A DNA stretch of 64,000 nucleotides from a virus. Taxonomy: Duplodnaviria; Caudoviricetes. The stretch lies in IMG/VR virus record IMGVR_UViG_3300028601_000021, positions 64,001-128,000 of that record; one strand, 5' to 3'. A program made the translations under genes and the position numbers. The notes under the pieces were generated by a model. That model saw only the letters and a list, made by a program, of their open reading frames with translations, was not told the origin of the DNA and ran no database searches. Shown here piece by piece: positions 10,196 to 20,265 of this stretch (the stretch's first letter is position 1; every line of letters starts with the position of its first letter).

Positions 10196-11335
10196 TTACA
10201 ATCTACCTAGGAAATAAGACTTCAGTGGTCTTCTACCACATGATCTTTTCTTAGGTTCCGGACAATAACCAAGAGCATCGCACTTAGGACCAAAGACGTC
10301 ATTCCTAACTAACTCGTGATTGTAGTTCTGTACCAGTCTCTTAGCATCTGTAGCTATACCTCTGATTTCCCATTGAGCACATGTGCACATACGCTCATTC
10401 AGGAAACCCATAAAGCTATTCAGATTAAGTGTCATCACCACTTCAGTCATAGCCGCATTGTGGTACAGATATCTGAGATCTTCATTAGGTGGTTCATCAC
10501 CAGTAAGATCTACTGTAAGTTCTTTAAGAGCTATAGTGTCTACCATATTGGTGAATATGGTGCCCATGAAATGAGCTCTAGTAAAGATATTCTTATCGAA
10601 CTTAGGAGGTACGATGACCTCCATGATTTTTACGCCACAATAACGCTGGCTACGTTGGGAATAACTAGCCATACGTTTTCTGACTAACTGATGACTAGTA
10701 GCTCTACTGCATCTAATGACGAAGGTAAAGTTAGCATGTTCAGTTACTGACATATGTCTACTAGAGATACATTTATCCACCAGGTCTCTACACTTATCTT
10801 TATTTCCTTTAATATCGATAGTACCTATAGCTCTATTAAAGATATCCATAGGGTCTTCGTCGGAATAGCAAGTAGATGCACCAGTGTAGATAGCTTCCAA
10901 CGGATGATTAGTGACATTCATTAATTGGATACTAGGTTTAGTAGCTTTCACAAAAGGGATATCAGGATAATCTTCTTTTGTAAAGATACGATCAAATAGT
11001 TTTATACTACCGTCATCATATCCACTATAGATAGTAATAGGTCTATCCAACTCATGACTAAAATCCATAGCTATAAACTTGATAGCTTTAGATATAGTGA
11101 CTTTATTGACTTTTTCTGGTACAATAAAGTTAGCATAATGGATATTGTTAGCTGTATCATCCTTATAGATATCCAGCATATTAGCTACGCCTTCAGATAA
11201 AGGATGATGTATATACTCACGGTGAGGGATATCTTGATCCCATTTACCTTTAAGCATATTGAACTTATCTTCCTGTTCCTTTTTATCCACTACGGTACTT
11301 TTCCATACCAGGATATAAAATAAAATATCATTCAT
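10196..11335 (-). CDS. thyX: FAD-dependent thymidylate synthase with N-terminal extension
   Basis: HMSVTEH, SRATSHQLVRKRMASYSQRSQRY, ERMCTCAQWEIR, GPKC...GYCPE. Confidence 0.92.
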   Translation of the reverse strand: MNDILFYILVWKSTVVDKKEQEDKFNMLKGKWDQDIPHREYIHHPLSEGVANMLDIYKDDTANNIHYANFIVPEKVNKVTISKAIKFIAMDFSHELDRPITIYSGYDDGSIKLFDRIFTKEDYPDIPFVKATKPSIQLMNVTNHPLEAIYTGASTCYSDEDPMDIFNRAIGTIDIKGNKDKCRDLVDKCISSRHMSVTEHANFTFVIRCSRATSHQLVRKRMASYSQRSQRYCGVKIMEVIVPPKFDKNIFTRAHFMGTIFTNMVDTIALKELTVDLTGDEPPNEDLRYLYHNAAMTEVVMTLNLNSFMGFLNERMCTCAQWEIRGIATDAKRLVQNYNHELVRNDVFGPKCDALGYCPEPKKRSCGRRPLKSYFLGRL

Positions 11336-11344
11336 GTTAGATAC

Positions 11345-11719
11345 CTATACCTTGCATTTATTCATGACTGAATAGATCTTAGTAGTGGTCGTATCTAAGA
11401 TTTCAGCTATGACTGCTACACTCACGTATTTAGCATAGAGAGCACAAGCTATTTCTTTAAATTCATCATCACCCAATAGAGTAGGTGTGAATGGTATAAA
11501 TGTCTCTTTTTCAGCTACATATTTATACCGTATCTCTGATACATTTATGTTCTCATTATGGATGTGTCTAAACTTCAACAAAATATATGAATAAGCATAA
11601 ACAATATCCATCTCCACATCAGGAGTATAATCCGCACCATATACATCTTCTAGGACCGTAGGAAACGCTTTAGCGAAAGCTTTCCATACCTTACTACTTT
11701 CAAATGTAGGGATATCCAT
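11345..11719 (-). CDS. Hypothetical protein with possible C-terminal HTH
   Basis: VSVAVIAEILDTTTTKIY. Confidence 0.5.
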   Translation of the reverse strand: MDIPTFESSKVWKAFAKAFPTVLEDVYGADYTPDVEMDIVYAYSYILLKFRHIHNENINVSEIRYKYVAEKETFIPFTPTLLGDDEFKEIACALYAKYVSVAVIAEILDTTTTKIYSVMNKCKV

Positions 11720-11721
11720 AG

Positions 11722-12675
11722 TTATACCTTCCTGTATGCTCTAGTGTGAAGTAAGGTCATCCCTAACTTTTCCAGATACCTGTGGTATTCAGTATCACCA
11801 CAAAGAGCATGAGCTAATACGATCTTTACCTTAGGATAAGCTTGACGGATATCGTAGAGAAATACCTTACCTGCATTTTCATCTAACTCTATCTTTTTAA
11901 AGCTAGACTCATGTAGATATTCGATATTAAAGATAGCTTGGATCTCTTCAGGTTCCACGGTATAGAACATACGTGCTTTAGATACTCCACCGACCATCCA
12001 ATTCATGTAAGGTAGGCTTTGATTATACATAAAGAGATTATCAGTCAGCGATCTCACTATCGGATTAAGCTTTCTTCTAGTACCAGCTAAACGAGGTGAT
12101 ACTTTTATAGCATCCATCCCAGCATATCTAGTCAACTCAAAAGTACTCTTAGGATGCTTACCTTTAGGATTAATGATAGCAGCATACTGATAAGTATATG
12201 GAATGAATCCCAGATGAGCATACTGTTCAGTAACAGTACCATTCACACTACTACTATTAATAGTAAGACTAGAAACACCGATACGTTTACAGATATCCTG
12301 ATACATATCAGTGAGACCACGTAAGATACCTTTACCTCTATGCTCTTCTTCTATGTAAACAGTCTCTATCATCATAGAGAGCTTATTACCGACAGTACGA
12401 GCTATACCGGCACCGACATAGGTATGTGTGGGTTTGTGGTATACACCTACGATAAAAGTATCTTTACCGTATTCTTCCCACCAGATCTTCAGATCAGCCC
12501 AGAAGTTATTATTACGCACACTCTTACAAATGAGATCGTAATACGGATCTATAGCACACATGTGCCTATGGAGCTTTACATCTAAAGTAAAGATATCCTT
12601 ACACAACACCATACGTCCTTCATCTTCTTTGACAGCAGGAGTATGGAGTATGTTCAATTTATAATCAGAGTGCAT
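11722..12675 (-). CDS. GNAT-family acetyltransferase-domain protein
   Basis: IETVYIEEEHRGKGI acetyl-CoA motif, YAHLGF. Confidence 0.75.
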   Translation of the reverse strand: MHSDYKLNILHTPAVKEDEGRMVLCKDIFTLDVKLHRHMCAIDPYYDLICKSVRNNNFWADLKIWWEEYGKDTFIVGVYHKPTHTYVGAGIARTVGNKLSMMIETVYIEEEHRGKGILRGLTDMYQDICKRIGVSSLTINSSSVNGTVTEQYAHLGFIPYTYQYAAIINPKGKHPKSTFELTRYAGMDAIKVSPRLAGTRRKLNPIVRSLTDNLFMYNQSLPYMNWMVGGVSKARMFYTVEPEEIQAIFNIEYLHESSFKKIELDENAGKVFLYDIRQAYPKVKIVLAHALCGDTEYHRYLEKLGMTLLHTRAYRKV

Positions 12676-12684
12676 GATAGACTC

Positions 12685-13605
12685 CTATACTAATTTAAAT
12701 CTACGTGCTTGCTTCAACCTGATATTGATAGCCTCAGGGATACGTTCATTGAGACCACAAAGACCACAAGGATTAAGTTCATCTTTTATCAAATGATAAA
12801 TACCTTCGTAATCTTGGTTATCTACATGACCGATAGCTGTACAAAGCTGAGATACTCCATTATGGATCTTACCATCCACTCCAAAGATGGGAGAAGTATA
12901 AAGCCCACGGTGTTCCATACTGACCATGACTGCAGCCAGATCATCCTGTTCATGTGAAATCATGATCATCTGCATACAGTTAGGTACTGCTGGTTTCTTA
13001 TCTTTCTCTCTGACAGGAGGAAGATTAGCACCTCTACCCAACCTGACTATCTCGATGTTATCTTGCCAATCAGGATCAAACCTAACTTTACTCTCTACCG
13101 GGACAGCTGTGATCTTATCTTCACTACCTTCAGGAATCTCAATAAGATCAGCTGCTACTGCTTCTCCGAATTCCAGAAAAGCTTCTTTACTGAGCATGGT
13201 CTTATTGTAATCAGGATAGTACTTATGGTGAGTAGTGACCAAAAGCAAACGTACCATATCCAATCCTAAGATACTACGGAGTCCTTTTTCCTTTTCAGGA
13301 TCACCCAACCAACTACCATTGGATTCTAGGATGATATTCATATCAAGTAATTCATTAGCGATATGAGTGATCATCTCAGCAAATTCAGGGTGTTCAGTAA
13401 ACTCACCACCACTGACTACTAGATTAACAGGTCTCATACTGGTAGGGATACTACTGAGTAGTTCCATAGAAGCAGGAGGAAGGTGTTTGATAAAGGATAT
13501 AACTGAATTCAAAGTAGGCCAATTCATATGACGACCTTCAGGAGTAGCATCTACAAAACAATGCTTACAATTACCATGACATTTAGTAGTGAGCTGTAAA
13601 AGCAT
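12685..13605 (-). CDS. Radical SAM protein
   Basis: CHGNCKHC, VSGGE, ESNG. Confidence 0.85.
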   Translation of the reverse strand: MLLQLTTKCHGNCKHCFVDATPEGRHMNWPTLNSVISFIKHLPPASMELLSSIPTSMRPVNLVVSGGEFTEHPEFAEMITHIANELLDMNIILESNGSWLGDPEKEKGLRSILGLDMVRLLLVTTHHKYYPDYNKTMLSKEAFLEFGEAVAADLIEIPEGSEDKITAVPVESKVRFDPDWQDNIEIVRLGRGANLPPVREKDKKPAVPNCMQMIMISHEQDDLAAVMVSMEHRGLYTSPIFGVDGKIHNGVSQLCTAIGHVDNQDYEGIYHLIKDELNPCGLCGLNERIPEAINIRLKQARRFKLV

Positions 13606-13646
13606 ATGAGACTCCTTTGGAGTAATTTACAAATTTAAAGTAAGGA

Positions 13647-13828
13647 CTGGATGCCGCACTACAGGTGATGTACTAGTCCCACCCGATATATCAGCTATAG
13701 TACGACATCCAGAGTATATATAGATATAAAAGATATTAGTGCTTCCCCAAACACTACGAGCTTTCGCTACTATATAGAAAGAGAGAGGAGAGCTACGATC
13801 TCCCTCTATACACTATCTTTTATATCTA
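13647..13828 (-). ncRNA. Candidate structured RNA or leader (four-way junction plus long hairpin)
   Basis: A perfect 15-bp closing stem encloses three hairpins, one with a GAAA tetraloop. A second 23-bp hairpin has three C/T differences that form G-U pairs only on the minus strand. Confidence 0.45.
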
Positions 13829-13929
13829 CTCTTTGTCCTAAAAGATATAGAGTAAAAATAATCCTCTACAGATACATCTCCAAAATGGTATACCCACCAT
13901 ATCCTTTTAACACACCCATAGGTAATACC

Positions 13930-14742
13930 ATGCAAGATCCTATCCAATTAGCTTTAAATCGTATTTACTTTAAGATACCTAGAGAAATCCTAGAAGCTAC
14001 CTTCACTCCCAGTGTCCGTGGTATCAGTTTAGATATGTGTATCATCAATGATGTCATCCATAGTGTCATCTTAGCCGATTGCAATAACGGTGGTGGTAAG
14101 TTATCTAAGATAGCACTAACTACTGAAAATGCTGTATGTCTAGATCCCCCATTACCCTACAGTTTAGGCGTATCTAATACTTGGTCCGTTTATCGTATCT
14201 TACCTCATGCTAGAGAGAATAGATCTATCAATGCAGCTATATCTATTCGCATCCCATATAGCTTAGCTGGTGATGCTATGGGAGCTCAATCTATAGCTGG
14301 TATGGGTACAGGTAGACACATTAGTGATATGGCTTGTCTAGCACTTAACTCACATACACATACCGATCATATTTCTACCCCTACTCCTATCTTACTAGCT
14401 GGCGATGTAGTAAAACTCAATCCTCCTCAGTTAAGTCATCTGGATTGGATTTTAGAATGTCGTATAGCTTACGATGAGAACTTCACTAATATGGACGTAA
14501 ATATCATCCCTACCTTTGGTGAATTAGTAGTAGCTGGAGTAAAGGCTTATATCTTTAATAAGATGATATTTGCTGTAGACCGTACTTATCTCAGTGGTGG
14601 TCAGGAACTAGGTATCTTTAAGACTACTATCGAAAGCTACAGTGATCAGTATGAGAGATATGAAGAGTTGATTAAACAGTTCAATAGTATCTCTGTATTA
14701 GAACCTGAGAGACTACGTAGTATTTTGACTTATATGTTGTAA
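13930..14742 (+). CDS. phiKZ-like conserved virion structural protein
   Basis: N-terminal PIQLALNRIYFKIPREIL and C-terminal KAYIFNK...GGQELGIFK...YSD resemble conserved jumbo-phage virion proteins (from memory). Confidence 0.6.
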   Translation: MQDPIQLALNRIYFKIPREILEATFTPSVRGISLDMCIINDVIHSVILADCNNGGGKLSKIALTTENAVCLDPPLPYSLGVSNTWSVYRILPHARENRSINAAISIRIPYSLAGDAMGAQSIAGMGTGRHISDMACLALNSHTHTDHISTPTPILLAGDVVKLNPPQLSHLDWILECRIAYDENFTNMDVNIIPTFGELVVAGVKAYIFNKMIFAVDRTYLSGGQELGIFKTTIESYSDQYERYEELIKQFNSISVLEPERLRSILTYML

Positions 14743-14954
14743 AAGTTTACATGGATAAAGGCTACAGGGATACAGCCATTGGCTGTATCCCTGTATAGCC
14801 GTACTTTTAACACTTGTGTTAGCAGTATAGCACTATCGTGCTATCTCATATTTAGGGTGTGTAATTAATTACACAGTAGTAGATTTCATTAACGTAGAAG
14901 TAGTAGGTGACACTATGTGGTAAAAGTATGAGGAAATCCATACGGAGTCTTGGT

Positions 14955-15046
14955 CCACCACCCTTCCCCCCTCTCCTAGGTTTCCCCTATCCCCTACCCC
15001 TTAACAAACCCCACCCCTACCCCATCCTACCACACCCCCTAACCCT
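14955..15046 (-). repeat. C-run tract (G-quadruplex potential on minus strand)
   Basis: Ten runs of three or more C within about 90 bp. Confidence 0.8.
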
Positions 15047-15114
15047 TAAAGGAGTATAATCACAATATATAGATCGTGTATCAACTATTACATAAATTTA
15101 ATATTAATAAAATT

Positions 15115-15200
15115 ACTAAATTAATAATTCTTTAAATCTTATTAAAATAACTACTAAAGTAATAATTTCTAAATCTTATTAAAAGTACATACTAAAGTAG
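15115..15200. repeat. 38-bp imperfect tandem repeat, about 2.3 copies
   Basis: Units start with ACTAAA at 15115, 15153 and 15191. The first two share TAATAATT and TAAATCTTATTAAAA. Confidence 0.85.
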
Positions 15201-16050
15201 TACTCTACGATTAGAATGTGATAAGACATACACCATCTACAATAGCTACTCGCTACTGTAGATAGATAGGTGAATAACTGATAAAATACTATTTAAAATC
15301 TATGAGGATAATACTAATTAAGTAGTGTGTATTTTTTTACAAACAGTAACTATGTTATAGTTGATAAGTAATTATTATTAAGATAATAGTACTACTGACA
15401 AACTAAGCTAATTAAAAGAACTTATACTTAATATACAATAAACGTATTAAGTATAAAAAGATAAAAGAAATAATTTGATAAGATATACTGTCACTACCAC
15501 AAAGTAGTGACAGTATATCTATATATGAAATTTAAAGTAATAGTAAACAAGAGACTAGTATTTGATAAGTAGATAGCGAATGCTGATATTTAAATAAAAT
15601 AGTAATAGTTAGTTATGAAATATTTAAAGTTATTTGAGATACATTACTACTTATACTACACCATCTATGTTGTGGTATGAATGGTAGAAGAGATATGGTG
15701 TTTATAGAGTAATACTGAAATAATGATAACTGAGTGATAGCTAAGTGTGTATAACGTGATACATCATAACTTATATAATACATATATGTTGTGGTATATC
15801 TAGTAAGAGAGACAATAGATAGATGTACTACTGATACTATTTACGTTATTTAAAGATATGATAAATATACTTTATTTGTTTATCTTTAAATATCTATAGA
15901 TAAGTATGTGTGATTTACTGTATGTTTTCTATCTGGATATTTATAAAAAAGAGATAGCAGTACTATCCTACTGAGTGATGTTTTTATATGATATAAACTA
16001 TATACTACTACAGCTATCACTTAGATAGCTGTAGTAGTATATGAGATATC

Positions 16051-16251
16051 TTATTTCTTTTCGAAGTAGCTAGCTGGATCTTTAAACTTAAAGTCCATAG
16101 CTTCTAAGGATTCTACCGTAATAGGTGTATCATCCTTCCATACCTTGATCAAATCCTTTACTGCATCTACACCATATTTACCTGCTAAGATCAAAAGCAT
16201 CATAGCAGTTTCTTTATTCATCTGCAGTGTTTTAGTTTCTTCAGTAGACAT
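16051..16251 (-). CDS. Small hypothetical protein
   Basis: 66-aa ORF coupled to the lipoprotein gene. Confidence 0.6.
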   Translation of the reverse strand: MSTEETKTLQMNKETAMMLLILAGKYGVDAVKDLIKVWKDDTPITVESLEAMDFKFKDPASYFEKK

Positions 16252-16258
16252 GGTTATA

Positions 16259-16819
16259 TTACTCCTGGATTAAGAGATTAGAAATAGTATCAAACATAAA
16301 GATATCTGGGATATTGATATCCTTACCTGTGATACCACTATAGGTCTTAGCTACTTCATCTTTCATTTTATAAAAAGACTTAGCTGAGAGTACTAGAGTA
16401 TTGATGAGTTTATCTTTAGTGCTATCTGCTGACATCTTATCTGCATACATATAGGAAGTAAGAGCTGCTCTAGCTAAGTTCTGATTGGTACGTACTACGT
16501 CACCTACTTTAATGAGAGTGACTTTCTGTTCTTCAGTGATGACACCTTCAGTATAGAGATCACCTAAGATCTTAAAGGACATATCAGCTACGATATCGAT
16601 AGACTTGATAGTCTTTACAGAGTTAAGTATAAGTACTTCATCTAACTGAGGTTCGGCTACTTCGACCGTGGTAGCGTTAGTGGTATCCACTACTACAGTA
16701 TCGGTAGTAGTGTTAGCCGGTACTTCAGCTTGTTTATTAGAACAAGCAAAGAGCATAGCTAGGATCATAAAACCCAACATAGCTTTTAAAGTCCAGATAG
16801 AGATAAATTTCTTACACAT
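16259..16819 (-). CDS. Lipoprotein
   Basis: Hydrophobic signal with lipobox LFAC, Thr-rich linker and helical domain. Confidence 0.7.
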   Translation of the reverse strand: MCKKFISIWTLKAMLGFMILAMLFACSNKQAEVPANTTTDTVVVDTTNATTVEVAEPQLDEVLILNSVKTIKSIDIVADMSFKILGDLYTEGVITEEQKVTLIKVGDVVRTNQNLARAALTSYMYADKMSADSTKDKLINTLVLSAKSFYKMKDEVAKTYSGITGKDINIPDIFMFDTISNLLIQE

Positions 16820-16877
16820 ATACCATTCCTCTTTATGCTTAGGTTATAGGGTGAAAGTGATGGTCATACCATATCGG

Positions 16878-17843
16878 TCATAGTGTCAGTGACCACTTAC
16901 GATAGGTAGGTATACCTTTTATGATATCATGTAATATGCGACTATCTGGTGTAGTATCTACAGGTACTTCATAAGCTATAGATTTTAATGTGGGTACTAC
17001 TTTCAGTAAAGTATCACACAACTTTTTAGTCATGGTATCTATGGCTATTAAAGTTTTAGAAGTACTATATACATTAGCCATAGTCAACCAACGTATGTCA
17101 TCATTGCTGTATAGTTGATCTTCTATCATTTTTATACTTAAGTAAGGATCATCTAATCTTGTATCCATGAGAGATATCCTTTTATATAACTTGTGTTTAA
17201 TACCGGCTTTAGTGGCGATATGATCTATATATGGAGAAGGATCAGTAGCGATAAGTTTTAGATCTATACCAGGATAGTGTTTCACTTTATGATCTTTAGC
17301 TCTATCGAATAGGTCATCTATAGGTGTTATGTGGAAAGTACTAGTGTGACTATATCCCAATCTTTCATATATCGTATCTATAGGAGTATCACCTACTTTC
17401 GTACCTACTACGGTATGTAGACGAAATTCATCTACTTCCGTTAGCTTAATTAGATAATTATGTATATTTTTAAATATACCTTTATTTCTATAACTAGGAG
17501 CTACATATATACCTTCTATCGTAGAATACGAGGAAAATGGTGTAGTCTTTATGAATGCTATAGCTATCAGATCATCCGTATCTAGATCTATCACACCATA
17601 TAACTTAGTAGCTCCTTTAAAAGGATTATCTAATCTATATCTTATCCATTCAGATAAATCCTTTTTAGAAACGAGATATCTGTCGTGGTGGTATAGGTGA
17701 GCATGTTTAGCCACTGTAAGATGATCAGATTCCAGATGGGTATCCATAGCTTTGGCTATAGGTAGATATTTTAGTATTTGTTCTCTGGTGAAATGATGTA
17801 TAGGAGGATATATCTGTCCTAAGATAAGATTATTTGGTAACAT
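16878..17843 (-). CDS. GNAT-family acetyltransferase-domain protein
   Basis: IEGIYVAPSYRNKGI, YERLGY. Same size and layout as 11722-12675. Confidence 0.75.
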   Translation of the reverse strand: MLPNNLILGQIYPPIHHFTREQILKYLPIAKAMDTHLESDHLTVAKHAHLYHHDRYLVSKKDLSEWIRYRLDNPFKGATKLYGVIDLDTDDLIAIAFIKTTPFSSYSTIEGIYVAPSYRNKGIFKNIHNYLIKLTEVDEFRLHTVVGTKVGDTPIDTIYERLGYSHTSTFHITPIDDLFDRAKDHKVKHYPGIDLKLIATDPSPYIDHIATKAGIKHKLYKRISLMDTRLDDPYLSIKMIEDQLYSNDDIRWLTMANVYSTSKTLIAIDTMTKKLCDTLLKVVPTLKSIAYEVPVDTTPDSRILHDIIKGIPTYRKWSLTL

Positions 17844-17934
17844 CCTTAAATGCTCCTAAAAATAAAATGATATAGTGTATTTAAAATAGCTACATGTGAC
17901 ATGGGTATCCCCTGTGTCACATGTAGCTATACGT

Positions 17935-19026
17935 TTAAGGTTTCCAATTAACAGTAGAAGCTTCTTCTTTGTTTCTAGCTATGATGTATTTAGCCATAGC
18001 TATAGCTGATTCCTTGGTATTCGTATAGGTCACGAATCCATTTCTGTGACAGTACTTCACATCGTCGATACCTGTATTCTCATAGATCTCCTTAGTCGAT
18101 AGACCTCTGATCTCTATAGGAGCAGGACAACGAAGACTAAAGCTACGACCAGGATGTACTGGTAGACTATGGATAGCCCAAGCTGCATCTTCTTCATCTT
18201 CTGAGGAAGAGATGATGAGCTGATACTTATCCAAGATATCCCATTTAGACCAGAGCATATCCTTCCAAGGTATATCCTGGGGTATAAAGAGATATTCTAC
18301 ATCATCACTGCTTTTACTGGTCTCTTCCAGATACTTTCCACCCACAGAGATCAATAGTTCTGTTTCTATATAGTTTCTGAACCATTGATAGGTAGAGAGT
18401 AGACAAGCTAAGAAATGCTTATTGTATTCCATAGGCATATTCTTAAATCTGTGTCTGGTAGGATTAGCATTTGCTATCATGTTACCGACAGCATTGGCCA
18501 CGCCTTCACTGGACAATTGACCGTTATCGGCATTATCTATCCTTTTGATAATCTCAGTGATTTTACCGTACACCTCATAAATAAGATTACCGTTTATAAA
18601 CACAGAGTCTACTGTACGGTCACAAATATCTTCTATGATATCTTGTCCGTATTTCAACCAAGTGAGACCAGCACTAGCATAGAGGGTACCGTCGGGATAA
18701 CAGATATCGAAATCATGCTGATGATGATCAAATCTGTTATTGACCGGATCATAGTACTGACCTACATCGATGACATAATCACCTTTAGTCTGCCAGTATC
18801 TATCTCTATTTCTGACGATATAGACTTTATCCTTATTCTTGAGTGGCCCAAGTAATAGCATAGCTATACCGAACACTTCATCGGCATGATGCCTACCTAG
18901 ATGAGTAACTATCAAAGGTAGGCTATCTGCTTCTTCGTTAGTGGGATTACTACCACAATACCAAGTCTTATCGTCTAATGTCAGTGTTACGGGAATCATC
19001 TTCTCCGTATATTTAGCCATATACAC
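17935..19026 (-). CDS. MYG1-family (DHH-like) exonuclease
   Basis: VTH..HHADEV, IDVGQYYDP..RFDHHQ, ASAGLTW, IDNADNG, YCHRNGF. Confidence 0.9.
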   Translation of the reverse strand: MYMAKYTEKMIPVTLTLDDKTWYCGSNPTNEEADSLPLIVTHLGRHHADEVFGIAMLLLGPLKNKDKVYIVRNRDRYWQTKGDYVIDVGQYYDPVNNRFDHHQHDFDICYPDGTLYASAGLTWLKYGQDIIEDICDRTVDSVFINGNLIYEVYGKITEIIKRIDNADNGQLSSEGVANAVGNMIANANPTRHRFKNMPMEYNKHFLACLLSTYQWFRNYIETELLISVGGKYLEETSKSSDDVEYLFIPQDIPWKDMLWSKWDILDKYQLIISSSEDEEDAAWAIHSLPVHPGRSFSLRCPAPIEIRGLSTKEIYENTGIDDVKYCHRNGFVTYTNTKESAIAMAKYIIARNKEEASTVNWKP

Positions 19027-19042
19027 ACCTCTTTAATTTTAT

Positions 19043-19621
19043 TTATCGTAAAGTGCACTTAACTAACTTTCTCCCGTTTACAAATAAGGAATGGAACCAA
19101 GGAATATATTTTTCGACGACAGAAGTATCATCGAGGTATTTCCTACGTAATTCCAAATAGAAAGAAGTACCACTGGGTAAGGTTCGGTGACTTATGATGT
19201 ACTTCAATTTCTTATCCTTCCAATCATAGATTTCCTTATCCGTGATCTTTCTTTCGATGATTTCGTGTTCCTTCTTCTCCGTATTGAAATCGTTGATGTC
19301 ATGGTGGACACGGAGATGGATATCCAATACTTCGATATGGAATAACTGGATACCGAACAGCTTACTGTCATAATCGCCAGTGTCGATATGAGTGATATCG
19401 TGTTTGAGAAACCACAGTATCTTTTTCAATTCACCTGCTTTCAGTAGCGGGTATCTACCGATGTTAGGTAAGCAAATAGTAATGTCCGTATCACTACTAT
19501 CTAGATGATAACCAAATCTACGGCTACCACATAAAAAGACATGATCTTTATTACCGATGGATTCTTCCAACATACGCATGAACATACGTACTGGAGGTGT
19601 GAGATGTGGATATCGAGTCAT
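19043..19621 (-). CDS. Pol-beta-superfamily nucleotidyltransferase, paralog 3
   Basis: FLCGSRRFGYHLDSSDTDI and DIHLRVH. ATG at 19621 overlaps the upstream TGA and follows AAGGAG. Confidence 0.8.
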   Translation of the reverse strand: MTRYPHLTPPVRMFMRMLEESIGNKDHVFLCGSRRFGYHLDSSDTDITICLPNIGRYPLLKAGELKKILWFLKHDITHIDTGDYDSKLFGIQLFHIEVLDIHLRVHHDINDFNTEKKEHEIIERKITDKEIYDWKDKKLKYIISHRTLPSGTSFYLELRRKYLDDTSVVEKYIPWFHSLFVNGRKLVKCTLR

Positions 19622-20265
19622 CACATAAACTCCTTGGGATGATGTAAGTAAGAGGTGATCCACCAATAAAGACGACGTAATACATTGGGATTCTTATCCA
19701 CGTATTGTTCTTTTAAAGAGTTATAAATATTAGCTCCTTTGATAGGATAATCTGAAGGATCGTTCAACCTATAGTACTTGATCTTATCGATGATACGTTT
19801 ATGTACACGTCTTTGTACTAGCTCATGTACTGCCTTTTCCTTTTCAAAGGTATAGAGGTCTGTATGTACTCGTAGGTGTATATCAAAAGCAGGTATATGA
19901 AATACCTTTGCTCCAGTATACTCTGTATCCCATCTATGTTCGACACTATTATCCTCTACGAGCAGTTTATCTTTTTCTATACCTTTAGGATTTATACCCC
20001 GGATAAATTCAAATAAGTCTAAGTAGAGGAGATGTTCTACTGATAGCTTTTCATTACCTACAGTTTTGTAGTAGATAGTGATATCCAAATCACTGTCGGG
20101 TAGATAGTAACCGAATCTACGACTACCACATACGAATACAGCTTCGGTGCCTAATTCTTCCTGTAGGGATAGTGTTGTCAGTATCCTACCCATGTCACGA
20201 GGATTAGTACAGGTCATGGTGGATAGTTTATCGTATGCTTTTGTGACTTGACCTACTTTAAGCAT
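19621..20265 (-). CDS. Pol-beta-superfamily nucleotidyltransferase, paralog 2
   Basis: FVCGSRRFGYYLPDSDLDI and DIHLRVH. Confidence 0.8.
   Translation of the reverse strand: MLKVGQVTKAYDKLSTMTCTNPRDMGRILTTLSLQEELGTEAVFVCGSRRFGYYLPDSDLDITIYYKTVGNEKLSVEHLLYLDLFEFIRGINPKGIEKDKLLVEDNSVEHRWDTEYTGAKVFHIPAFDIHLRVHTDLYTFEKEKAVHELVQRRVHKRIIDKIKYYRLNDPSDYPIKGANIYNSLKEQYVDKNPNVLRRLYWWITSYLHHPKEFM

Larger units (their letters stand above)
14743..16050. other. 1.3-kb non-coding AT-rich region, candidate replication origin or control region
   Basis: No ORF of 60 aa or more. Contains a C-run tract, 38-bp tandem repeats, recurrent TGATAA and several palindromes. Confidence 0.5.

Noticed and set aside
14743-16050. 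CRISPR array or tRNA cluster in the non-coding gap
   Set aside because: No regularly spaced identical repeats with unique spacers and no cloverleaf with T-loop consensus seen.
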